DNA of 31,958 bases from a virus (taxonomy: Duplodnaviria; Caudoviricetes): positions 1-31,958 of the IMG/VR virus record IMGVR_UViG_3300012943_000023; one strand, written 5' to 3'. Below, piece after piece: positions 8,787 to 15,485 of the stretch. The notes below the pieces were generated by a model. The model was not told the origin of the DNA. It did no database searches and saw only the letters and a list, made by a program, of their open reading frames with translations. How positions within the stretch are numbered: the first letter of the stretch is position 1; each line of letters starts with the position of its first letter. The position numbers were made by a program, and so were the translations under genes.

Positions 8787-9312
8787 TATTCAGGCGCTGA
8801 TACGGCACAAGTGTAGGTAGTGCGTATGTCGGGCGCACGTCTACAGGCGGTGGCTGAATGACCGTAATCCTCGGGTCGTTCTCAATGTGCCACTTCTCGT
8901 ATCGATAGTTATGGCAGATACGTGGCTGATGTTCATACCAGTTCGACGATGCGAACCAGTCAAAGCCGATGATTGTGATGGTTGGGTTCATGACCAACTG
9001 GTGGTAGATTGCAATGAACCCTGTTGACAGACGCAGTTGGGTGTTGTGCTTACCTTGGTAGTCCTTGTCGAACTTCTGGGTGAACTCCTCAATATCGTAG
9101 TTGATGTTGATGTAGTTGCCGGCACCTGGCGCCCAGTCGTGCTGAGGTATCTTCTTTGCTGAACCGTAGTAAAGGAACGTGGTCTTGTGGCCCATAGCAC
9201 TGTAAAACGGTGCAGGTCTGTTGATGCGGCACACGATGTCAAAATCGTCGATGAACTTCGTAAAGTCGCCAGTATGGAAACTTAGCGCATTACCTACCAC
9301 TATCGTCCGCAT
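8782..9312 (-). CDS. GT29 (sialyltransferase)-like glycosyltransferase
   Basis: Start reassigned to ATG 9312; sialylmotif L-like IVVGNA...IDDFDIVCRINRPAP...GHKTT, S-like STGFIAI...ITIIGFD, VS-like HNYRYE. Confidence 0.75.
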   Translation of the reverse strand: MRTIVVGNALSFHTGDFTKFIDDFDIVCRINRPAPFYSAMGHKTTFLYYGSAKKIPQHDWAPGAGNYININYDIEEFTQKFDKDYQGKHNTQLRLSTGFIAIYHQLVMNPTITIIGFDWFASSNWYEHQPRICHNYRYEKWHIENDPRITVIQPPPVDVRPTYALPTLVPYQRLNT

Positions 9313-9547
9313 ATACCTGTTCCTCAAGGTCAAGGCGTGTAGCGTGTTCCCACTTCCACATGCCGTCATACTTACCAGTGCGAACGCAATAGCATTCACC
9401 AACCCTGATGTCCTCATATGGGAACGGGTCGTCGTTGGTGAAGAATGTAGTGGATGGACTTCCAGTGTCCAGCCACTCAAACTTCACGTAGTTGTCGGCC
9501 ACCTGCACTACACGGATGGCGATGGTCTTCTTATACACGTCGTTCAT
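9290..9547 (-). CDS. Hypothetical protein
   Basis: 85 aa, TAATG-coupled to upstream gene. Confidence 0.6.
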   Translation of the reverse strand: MNDVYKKTIAIRVVQVADNYVKFEWLDTGSPSTTFFTNDDPFPYEDIRVGECYCVRTGKYDGMWKWEHATRLDLEEQVYADDSGR

Positions 9548-9729
9548 TATAGCCCCTGTGCAGCCCTCTTTGCTGCTTCTTCACGTGCCTTACGGCGTTC
9601 CTTCACGTAACCCATCGCAGCATCGTGTGCTTCACGAAGTTTGATTGGGTAGTCTGGAACGGACGGGCTGACCGGCTTAAACTTCCGGTCGTAGTCTTTG
9701 GTTTCGAGTTCGTTCATATCAAATAGCAT
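9547..9729 (-). CDS. Hypothetical protein
   Basis: 60 aa in tightly packed minus-strand run. Confidence 0.55.
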   Translation of the reverse strand: MLFDMNELETKDYDRKFKPVSPSVPDYPIKLREAHDAAMGYVKERRKAREEAAKRAAQGL

Positions 9730-10030
9730 CCAGTCGGATGAGTTTGCTAAGGTGTGTCTTTATCAGCGCAACAACTTGTTCATGCTGTTTCGGTGATAGG
9801 CCTACAAACATTGGAACATCAACAAAGGTCGGGCGGGGCGATGATGGTGACGCCGACACGAATATCTCTTCATCTTTCTTTGGGGTCTTCAGCAGATTGC
9901 CAAAGTGATAGCGCAGTTTAGACACCGCACTATCGAGTTCCATGAGACGACGTTCAATCGGCCCAACGTATTCTGTGGAAAGCAACGTGTCCATATAGTT
10001 CAAGATTTTCAAAATCTCTTCATTTGTCAT
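9719..10030 (-). CDS. Hypothetical protein
   Basis: Start reassigned to ATG 10030 (ATGA overlap, GGAG upstream). Confidence 0.55.
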   Translation of the reverse strand: MTNEEILKILNYMDTLLSTEYVGPIERRLMELDSAVSKLRYHFGNLLKTPKKDEEIFVSASPSSPRPTFVDVPMFVGLSPKQHEQVVALIKTHLSKLIRLDAI

Positions 10031-10149
10031 ACATTTCTCCATACATTTCTAATCCAAGTCTTGACCTTTCTGATGACCTTCTGCCACCACTTCTCTGGGG
10101 TCTTAGGCAACATGCAATAGTAACCAAATGCGTCCATACAGTGGTCCAT
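10027..10149 (-). CDS. Small cationic Trp-rich peptide (40 aa; below ORF-track cut-off)
   Basis: MDHCMDAFGYYCMLPKTPEKWWQKVIRKVKTWIRNVWRNV; GGAG RBS; fills the gap exactly. Confidence 0.55.
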   Translation of the reverse strand: MDHCMDAFGYYCMLPKTPEKWWQKVIRKVKTWIRNVWRNV

Positions 10150-10150
10150 A

Positions 10151-10363
10151 TCAGTTAATCTCCGTCTTCTTTACTGTTTCCTTGCGAAGGTTCTGTTCGT
10201 GCAGGTAGCAAATCTCACGGAGAAACTTGTTCTCAGCCGCCAACTGGTTGAAGTTGTCAGCATATACGCTAAGCTGACCTCCGAGGTTTACCAGTGTCTG
10301 GGCGACGGTGTCCCAGTCTTCCTGTCGGCAGATTACCCACTTCCAAAACTTACGGACTTTCAT
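10151..10363 (-). CDS. Hypothetical coiled-coil protein
   Basis: 70 aa, ATGA overlap with upstream gene. Confidence 0.55.
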   Translation of the reverse strand: MKVRKFWKWVICRQEDWDTVAQTLVNLGGQLSVYADNFNQLAAENKFLREICYLHEQNLRKETVKKTEIN

Positions 10364-10587
10364 GACTTAACATTCCTCAATGTGTTGCCTGCCACAATGT
10401 GTGCGGCTGCAACACTGATGCTACCAATAATTAGCGACAGACACACGAGGTCGGTCGAGTGCATCTTGATTGGTGAGTTGAACACGATGGCCAAGAACCC
10501 TTCGAACGCACAAAGGGCAAGCAGGGCGATGCCAGACGTGGTTACTACCTGGGACAGGGCATTGATGATTTGCACGAGAACTTTCAC
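10360..10587 (-). CDS. Small two-TM membrane protein
   Basis: Two hydrophobic stretches; GAGGAG RBS before GTG. Confidence 0.6.
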   Translation of the reverse strand: MKVLVQIINALSQVVTTSGIALLALCAFEGFLAIVFNSPIKMHSTDLVCLSLIIGSISVAAAHIVAGNTLRNVKS

Positions 10588-10613
10588 TTTACTACTCCTC
10601 TACTAACTGTGTG

Positions 10614-10621
10614 TATTTATG
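10614..10621 (-). promoter_or_regulatory. NATAAATA late-promoter-like motif (CATAAATA)
   Basis: Intergenic, 27 nt upstream of start 10587. Confidence 0.7.
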
Positions 10622-10626
10622 CAAAC

Positions 10627-11190
10627 TCAGAACTTGAACGTATCGTCGATTACCCTGTCGGCCTGCTGAAGTCGCTTGCTGAGTGAGAGGAAGTCAGGCA
10701 ACGGCTTCTTCTGGTCTGCGCAGCGTTCCAACTCATTCATCAACTCGACAAAGCCGGTTGGGGTGATGGCATTCCAGCGTGGTGAGATTTCGCCGCCCTG
10801 AATGAAGCGAATGCGTTGTGGCACAAACTGGTAGTGACCTTCCTTTGCCTCTGCACCCCATGGCCCGTTCATTACCGAACGGCGTTCAGTCTCAACAACC
10901 ACAGCAACAGAACAATCTGCGCCGAGTTTCTTTGTGAGACGCTTAAGCAGCAACTCCTGCGCTGTCTGCAGTTCGCCCTGTGGGAACTTTACTTCATTGA
11001 TGAGATAGTAGTCTTTGTATTCGATGATGCCGTCGATGTCAGACATCGTAATCTTCGGGTTAGCGAATGCGCCACGGAAGGCGCCGAACGAAATCTGGCA
11101 GTTCTCACGCAACTCTGTAGGTGCGTTGAGGGCGTGACGGTCGTAGTCGATTTCCGCCTTGAGGTGGGTGTTGTAGCGTGGTTTGGCCAT
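10627..11190 (-). CDS. PD-(D/E)xK nuclease-fold protein
   Basis: MSDIDGIIE...YLINEVK...Q..LL..L core; AAGGAG RBS. Confidence 0.6.
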   Translation of the reverse strand: MAKPRYNTHLKAEIDYDRHALNAPTELRENCQISFGAFRGAFANPKITMSDIDGIIEYKDYYLINEVKFPQGELQTAQELLLKRLTKKLGADCSVAVVVETERRSVMNGPWGAEAKEGHYQFVPQRIRFIQGGEISPRWNAITPTGFVELMNELERCADQKKPLPDFLSLSKRLQQADRVIDDTFKF

Positions 11191-11237
11191 GTCAATCTCC
11201 TTACTTTCATACTATGAGGAACAATCTCCTCTTGCTG

Positions 11238-11273
11238 GTATTTATCTGGTTTCCACAAAAACTTGCAAAAATC
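11238..11273 (-). promoter_or_regulatory. Composite promoter element, copy C
   Basis: GATTTTTGCAAGTTTTTGTGGAAACCAGATAAATAC, similar to copies at 14098 and 14470. Confidence 0.65.
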
Positions 11274-12075
11274 AGGTGTCTTCAAGGAACGGCGATTGTT
11301 TCACCAGCGCATCAATCTCCATCAACTGTCGCAGCAGCGGTTCGACGTTCGAAAGCAGCAGGCTGTTAGGGCCGTCGCTTAGCGCTTCATCTGGCCTTGG
11401 GTGTGTCTCAACGAAAAGACCGTCAACGCCTGCTGCAACGGCGCAGCGTGCCAACACCGGAATGGCGCAGCGCTGACCACCTGACTGGTCACCAAGGGCG
11501 CCTGGCTGCTGCACGCTGTGAGTAGCGTCGAACACCACTGGCGAAAACTTCCTCATGATAGGAATGCCCTTGAAGTCTGACACGAGGTTGTTGTAACCAA
11601 ACATGTAGCCACGTTCGCACACCCAGATGTCGTTGTTGCCTGTCGATTTCGCCTTTGCAACCACATTCTCCATCTCATGAGGAGACATGAACTGCCCCTT
11701 CTTGATGTTGACTGGCTTACCGTGAGAGGCGGCATTGATGATGAAGTCCGTCTGTCGGCAGAGGAAGGCAGGTGTCTGAAGCACATCGACTACCGACGCA
11801 ACCTCTGCGATTGGGGTGTATTCGTGTATGTCAGTGATGACGGGGCAACCATACGTGGCCCTGACATATTCAAGGGTCTTCAGCCCCTCGTCAATGCCTT
11901 GGCCACGGTATTTGTTCAGTGAAGAACGGTTGGCCTTGTCGTAGGACGCCTTGAAGATGAACTTTACCCCAAGGCAGTGCGTGATGTCTGTCAGCGTGCC
12001 AGCAATCTCATCGATTACGTCCTTGCTTTCGATTACGCAGGGACCAGCAATGAGGAACAGCGGCTTCACTTCCAC
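11272..12075 (-). CDS. kdsA: 3-deoxy-D-manno-octulosonate 8-phosphate synthase (metal-dependent type)
   Basis: IAGPCVIES, KASYDKANRSS, PAFLCRQT, NIKKGQF, ERG, DATHSVQQPG, ETHP..DEALSDG; start may be GTG 12069 (GTGA overlap with endolysin stop). Confidence 0.97.
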   Translation of the reverse strand: MEVKPLFLIAGPCVIESKDVIDEIAGTLTDITHCLGVKFIFKASYDKANRSSLNKYRGQGIDEGLKTLEYVRATYGCPVITDIHEYTPIAEVASVVDVLQTPAFLCRQTDFIINAASHGKPVNIKKGQFMSPHEMENVVAKAKSTGNNDIWVCERGYMFGYNNLVSDFKGIPIMRKFSPVVFDATHSVQQPGALGDQSGGQRCAIPVLARCAVAAGVDGLFVETHPRPDEALSDGPNSLLLSNVEPLLRQLMEIDALVKQSPFLEDT

Positions 12076-12506
12076 TGTCCCGTGATTACCTGGTCAGCAA
12101 GACGCTGGGCACGTGGCCCTACCTGCTTTGCCCATAGGCTGTTCAGCATGCCCTGGCTGGCAGCAATCCAGTCGCCACGTTCAAAGGCCGCAAGGGTGTT
12201 CTTGAACTGGAACAGTTTGTTGCCAAGGTTGAACGACATGTTCTGCAGGACAGCAAAGCGGACTGGGTCGGTGCACATCAACTTGGCTGTCCAAGGGCAC
12301 TGTGTCAGTAGGTCAGCTGTGTGCTTGGCGATGTTAGCGATGAGGTCGTCTTCACACTTCTGTGGCGTGATGCAATGGCCCTCCCACTTTGGATTGGTTG
12401 GGTCTGGCAGCAAGCAGCCAACGCCGACTGTCCATAGTCCCATAGTGTCCTTGTAGGCCGTGAGGCGGACGCCCTCGTCACGCTTGAGTTGTTCGATGAG
12501 GTTCAT
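12066..12506 (-). CDS. Endolysin, T4-type lysozyme (GH24)
   Basis: LKRDEGVRLTAYKDTMGLWTVGVG (E-D-T triad), NMSFNLG, SLWAKQVGPRAQRL; start ATG 12506 by TAATG overlap. Confidence 0.93.
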   Translation of the reverse strand: MNLIEQLKRDEGVRLTAYKDTMGLWTVGVGCLLPDPTNPKWEGHCITPQKCEDDLIANIAKHTADLLTQCPWTAKLMCTDPVRFAVLQNMSFNLGNKLFQFKNTLAAFERGDWIAASQGMLNSLWAKQVGPRAQRLADQVITGQWK

Positions 12507-12655
12507 TAGATATCCTGTGCGCATTCATAAGCGCAGTTGTCGCAGCAATCGCAACGTGGTATGGGGTCATTATGAACGTCTTCGTCATAAGGACATGGAT
12601 GTAGTTCTTTAGTCGCATCATTTACTCCGCAGCGGCACTTCTTTGGTGCGTCCAT
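12506..12655 (-). CDS. Small Cys-rich (metal-binding?) protein
   Basis: 49 aa, CRC...HPCPY...CDCCDNC...C; AAGGAG RBS. Confidence 0.6.
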   Translation of the reverse strand: MDAPKKCRCGVNDATKELHPCPYDEDVHNDPIPRCDCCDNCAYECAQDI

Positions 12656-12743
12656 TCTTCTTCTCCTTCTTTCCAAAGATGCGGTCCCAGTTCTCGTCAA
12701 TCTTCTTTCTGTCCTCAGGACGGCGCTTGCTACCCTTACTCAC
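12618..12743 (-). CDS. Small basic phage protein (41 aa)
   Basis: MSKGSKRRPEDRKKIDENWDRIFGKK; GTGA overlap, AAGGAGG RBS. Confidence 0.6.
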   Translation of the reverse strand: MSKGSKRRPEDRKKIDENWDRIFGKKEKKNGRTKEVPLRSK

Positions 12744-13093
12744 AACACGCCTCCTTCTGTGCGGCGAACGATGTCGTCCGGGTCGATTGGGCTGTTGTCG
12801 TCATTGTAGTAAAGTTCATGGCAGACACAGTCAGTGATGGCCCTAAACTTGTGCCACACCATGGCCGGCACAACGTGCGCCTGTCCGGCCTCAAGCACTG
12901 TGATTATCTCTTCGCCAGTCAGTGTAGACCATTCTGTAATCTCAAGGGTGCCAGACACAACAAAGAATGAGTTGTGCTTACCATTGTGATAGTGTTCTGA
13001 ACAGTAGCCACCAGCCTTAATGTTTAGTCTGTGGACTTCCTTGATTGTCAACACCACGAGTGGGTGCGTCGTGCCCCATACTTTGTCTGTCAC
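12740..13093 (-). CDS. Cupin-domain protein (sugar isomerase-like)
   Basis: KVWG, CSEHYH...NSFFVVSGTL, L.AGQAHVVP..VWHKF motifs; start reassigned to GTG 13093 (AAGGAG RBS, GTGA overlap). Confidence 0.8.
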   Translation of the reverse strand: MTDKVWGTTHPLVVLTIKEVHRLNIKAGGYCSEHYHNGKHNSFFVVSGTLEITEWSTLTGEEIITVLEAGQAHVVPAMVWHKFRAITDCVCHELYYNDDNSPIDPDDIVRRTEGGVL

Positions 13094-13257
13094 TTCAGTT
13101 TCTCCTTGTCGAGATACTTCTGGCACTTGCGGTATGCAGTGCGGAAGCCCTCAAGGGTGGATGGTGTCCAGAAGTCCTTGAGATTGATGAGGAACAACAG
13201 CGTGTTCTGCGCCTCTTCCACCTGGTCAAGTGGGATGGTTGTCTTTGGTTTCGTCAT
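13090..13257 (-). CDS. Hypothetical protein (55 aa)
   Basis: MTKPKTTIPLDQVEEAQNTLLFL...; AGGAG RBS; fills gap. Confidence 0.55.
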   Translation of the reverse strand: MTKPKTTIPLDQVEEAQNTLLFLINLKDFWTPSTLEGFRTAYRKCQKYLDKEKLK

Positions 13258-13433
13258 TAAAATTCTCCTGATAGGTCGAAAAGCTGCACTGTCAACTTAC
13301 CTGCAGCGTCAATGTAGATGATTTCAGCCTGCCAATCCTTGTCGATTGTCACAGACTGAATAGTGTTTCGTGGGCCATCGTAGCCGGCCCTGCCGAATAG
13401 GTCGATGAACCAATCACGTAGTTTCAGGTCCAA
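13257..13433 (-). CDS. Hypothetical protein, paralog of 13443..13670
   Basis: TTG start; DWFIDLFGRAGYDGPRNTIQSVTI; ends in TAATG overlap. Confidence 0.55.
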   Translation of the reverse strand: MDLKLRDWFIDLFGRAGYDGPRNTIQSVTIDKDWQAEIIYIDAAGKLTVQLFDLSGEF

Positions 13434-13442
13434 GTTAGCATC

Positions 13443-13670
13443 TCACACTTTGCGCACACGTAGACCGTCTTCTTCGTCGGGTTGTGTCTTATACATCAGT
13501 GATAACACCACAACACCGAGTGGCGCAGATGTGTTAGAATACGCGTCGCTGAAATACTTGATTGTGGCGATGCCTGGCGGTGACAGCACAACTTCTACAA
13601 TGTGATTTCGGTTTCCATCATAGCCACACTCAACGAGAATGTCAATGATGCGGTCGATTGGGTCTTTCAT
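13443..13670 (-). CDS. Hypothetical protein
   Basis: 75 aa, AAGGA RBS; GYDGNRNHI motif. Confidence 0.6.
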   Translation of the reverse strand: MKDPIDRIIDILVECGYDGNRNHIVEVVLSPPGIATIKYFSDAYSNTSAPLGVVVLSLMYKTQPDEEDGLRVRKV

Positions 13671-13747
13671 GTTTATCCTTCCTTCTGTATTTTGTGCGGT
13701 CCCTGTGTGTTTGGGGCCGGTTGATGTTCAAGTTCTTGGCTACAGGA

Positions 13748-14053
13748 TTACGCCTTGCCGGATTTGCGATTTTGACTTTCACGGATGCGGTCCTCTACAC
13801 GCTGACGACGAACCTTCTTCTGGTGGGCACGGACAGCCTCTGTGATACCATTCGACTGGTGGTCTGAGTTGATGCCCCACTGAACGACGATGGAGGACGG
13901 GTCGTCGTTATCCTGCTTGATGAGTTCGAGGGCGTCAATCTTTGCCTTGGCGTAGATTTCTGGGTGATGGAAGCGAACCCACTGGGAAATCAGGCGGTTC
14001 ATCTTACGGGTCAGACCGGCTGGGGTGGCTGCTACTGTCTTCTTGCGTCTCAT
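13748..14053 (-). CDS. Basic hypothetical protein, first gene of leftward unit
   Basis: AGGAG RBS, directly downstream of promoter copy B. Confidence 0.65.
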   Translation of the reverse strand: MRRKKTVAATPAGLTRKMNRLISQWVRFHHPEIYAKAKIDALELIKQDNDDPSSIVVQWGINSDHQSNGITEAVRAHQKKVRRQRVEDRIRESQNRKSGKA

Positions 14054-14097
14054 ACTTTACTCCTACTGTTTGCTGTTGCCCTGTTTGGGCGTTCTTG

Positions 14098-14131
14098 GTA
14101 TTTATAGATTTCCACAGATTTTTGTAAAATC
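14098..14131 (-). promoter_or_regulatory. Composite promoter element, copy B (leftward)
   Basis: GATTTTACAAAAATCTGTGGAAATCTATAAATAC: TTTACA-16-TATAAA plus TATAAATA. Confidence 0.7.
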
Positions 14132-14345
14132 TCACCTCAATCAGACACCTCAACTCGATGTCGTGGGGCTGAGGTGGAGACTTGCCCTGCAAGTCGAACA
14201 CCGAAGACACATCGACTGGTGAGGTGCGCCAGCACCGAACCACACATCACAAGACGTGGCCTGGCGGCCAGAAGACGTGCTGATGTGTTAGCCGGCAAGC
14301 CGGCTTGGCCTGGCGGCCACCACACATCACCCCGCTTCGTCATCT

Positions 14346-14394
14346 GAAATAGTGTTCCAAATAGAATGACTTGTCTTATTACGAACACTATTTC
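14346..14394. repeat. 12-bp perfect inverted repeat
   Basis: GAAATAGTGTTC 14346-14357 / GAACACTATTTC 14383-14394, AT-rich 25-bp spacer. Confidence 0.85.
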
Positions 14395-14395
14395 G

Positions 14396-14444
14396 CATAC
14401 AACCGGTAGTAACTGGGCGGACTACTTACATACAACCGGTAGTA
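14396..14444. repeat. 16-bp direct repeat, iteron-like
   Basis: CATACAACCGGTAGTA at 14396-14411 and 14429-14444 (33-bp period). Confidence 0.85.
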
Positions 14445-14469
14445 TCTCCCAAACCAGCGAACCAGGCCT

Positions 14470-14504
14470 GATTTTACAAAGTTTTGTGGAAATGGTATAA
14501 ATAC
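14470..14504 (+). promoter_or_regulatory. Composite promoter element, copy A (rightward)
   Basis: TTTACA-17 bp-TATAAA with TGn extension, overlapping TATAAATA at 14496-14503. Confidence 0.75.
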
Positions 14505-14513
14505 TCTCGTTGA

Positions 14514-14593
14514 CGGTGAAGATGCAATCGGGACTGAAATCCCACCCGGTAGGTTTAGCGGCCTACCGGGTTCCTTCCGAGGTTGCGCCACCG
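14514..14593 (+). ncRNA. Structured leader RNA, C4/CI-antisense-like architecture
   Basis: Closing stems CGGTG/CACCG and GCAA-TCGG/CCGA-TTGC enclose a GGGA-CTGAAA-TCCC hairpin and a 10-bp ACCCGGTAGG/CCTACCGGGT hairpin. Confidence 0.45.
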
Positions 14594-14610
14594 AAGACAA
14601 GGAGATTGTA

Positions 14611-15207
14611 ATGAGTAATTTAGTAGTCAAGACAAGGCCCTATTCAAGGGCGAAGGTGCCTGCTATGAAGCGTGGCCCATACAAGACAAAATCTATTTCA
14701 GAGAATATGCTGCCGCTGTTCGAACAGGCTTTGACCTGGGCGCAGGGGCAGCACCAGTTCTGCGTCACGAACAAACTCTACGACCGTGACTTCCCTATGA
14801 CACGCCTCTACAAGAGGTTCAACGCAACCAACCCACGCCGCAAGAAGGTCGTGGTGGATGCCATCTCAGTCTTCTTCAGTTACACCAAGCGTGGCAACGG
14901 CGAATACACCAACAAGAACGGTCAGCTGATTGCGCCACGCGCCACCCAGTGGAGGTCTCGCCCGCTGGTGTTCATCAATCAGACAATCTTCGACTTCGCC
15001 GTGAAACTCTGGCACGAGAACTCTTCGTGGGTCAGTGAGACCAACAAGGTCGTGTTCAAGAAGAAGGATGACGGCGAGGTCGAACTAACCGCAACGTTCA
15101 AGTTCGTCGGTGTTGATGCCATCCTGCTGGAAATCATCCAGAAGGGCATCGAATACGGCTTCGACATGGACGAACCTGTCAACCTTGTAAAGGAGATGTT
15201 GAAATGA
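14611..15207 (+). CDS. Basic hypothetical protein; candidate DNA-binding/replication initiator
   Basis: AAGGAG RBS; largest plus-strand gene, next to origin-like repeats; function inferred from position only. Confidence 0.6.
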   Translation: MSNLVVKTRPYSRAKVPAMKRGPYKTKSISENMLPLFEQALTWAQGQHQFCVTNKLYDRDFPMTRLYKRFNATNPRRKKVVVDAISVFFSYTKRGNGEYTNKNGQLIAPRATQWRSRPLVFINQTIFDFAVKLWHENSSWVSETNKVVFKKKDDGEVELTATFKFVGVDAILLEIIQKGIEYGFDMDEPVNLVKEMLK

Positions 15208-15413
15208 AAGTTTGGATACCACCGCTTCTGGCCGCCCTGGTTATCGTCGGCTTCGTAGTCTATGAGAAGGTGCAGCCTACCCCGTATGAGTGGTGCAACA
15301 ACCACGTCAGGTCGAAGTTTAACACTATGGATGAGTGGATGAAGGTGTCTACGGTGAACTCCTGCATCAGCAGGATGAAGGACGGGACGCTTGACAAGAA
15401 GGACTTTGAGTGA
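15204..15413 (+). CDS. Small membrane-anchored protein
   Basis: N-terminal TM, two Cys; ATGA overlap; AAGGAG RBS. Confidence 0.65.
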   Translation: MKVWIPPLLAALVIVGFVVYEKVQPTPYEWCNNHVRSKFNTMDEWMKVSTVNSCISRMKDGTLDKKDFE

Positions 15414-15447
15414 TATTGTTAAATGGGCAACACTGCTGATATCACTG

Positions 15448-15456
15448 TGATATAAT
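15448..15456 (+). promoter_or_regulatory. Extended -10 sigma70 promoter (TGnTATAAT)
   Basis: TGATATAAT 30 nt upstream of ATG 15486, AGGAGG RBS at 15475-15480. Confidence 0.65.
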
Positions 15457-15485
15457 GTCCTTGTCTGCTGAAGTAGGAGGAAAGT

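Larger units (their letters stand above)
14132..14469. other. Repeat- and hairpin-rich non-coding region; candidate replication origin
   Basis: Largest non-coding stretch, between divergent promoters; several direct and inverted repeats. Confidence 0.5.

Noticed and set aside
8782-9480. 232-aa version of the GT29-like ORF
   Set aside because: The extension overlaps ORF 9290..9547; the GT motif and an RBS start at ATG 9312
6-13867. Many plus-strand ORFs in the track (e.g. 3550..4107, 1959..2315, 11977..12456)
   Set aside because: Antisense shadows of well-supported minus-strand genes, with no recognisable motifs
14239-14444. CRISPR mini-array
   Set aside because: Repeats occur only twice each, are 12-16 bp and irregularly spaced; no cas genes
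14004-14630. Short ORFs across the control region
   Set aside because: No RBS or motifs; they overlap promoters, repeats and hairpins better explained as non-coding
15431-15441. T4 MotA box upstream of the TATAAT promoter
   Set aside because: ACTGCTGAT matches the TGCTT consensus only weakly and the spacing is short; the extended -10 is sufficient
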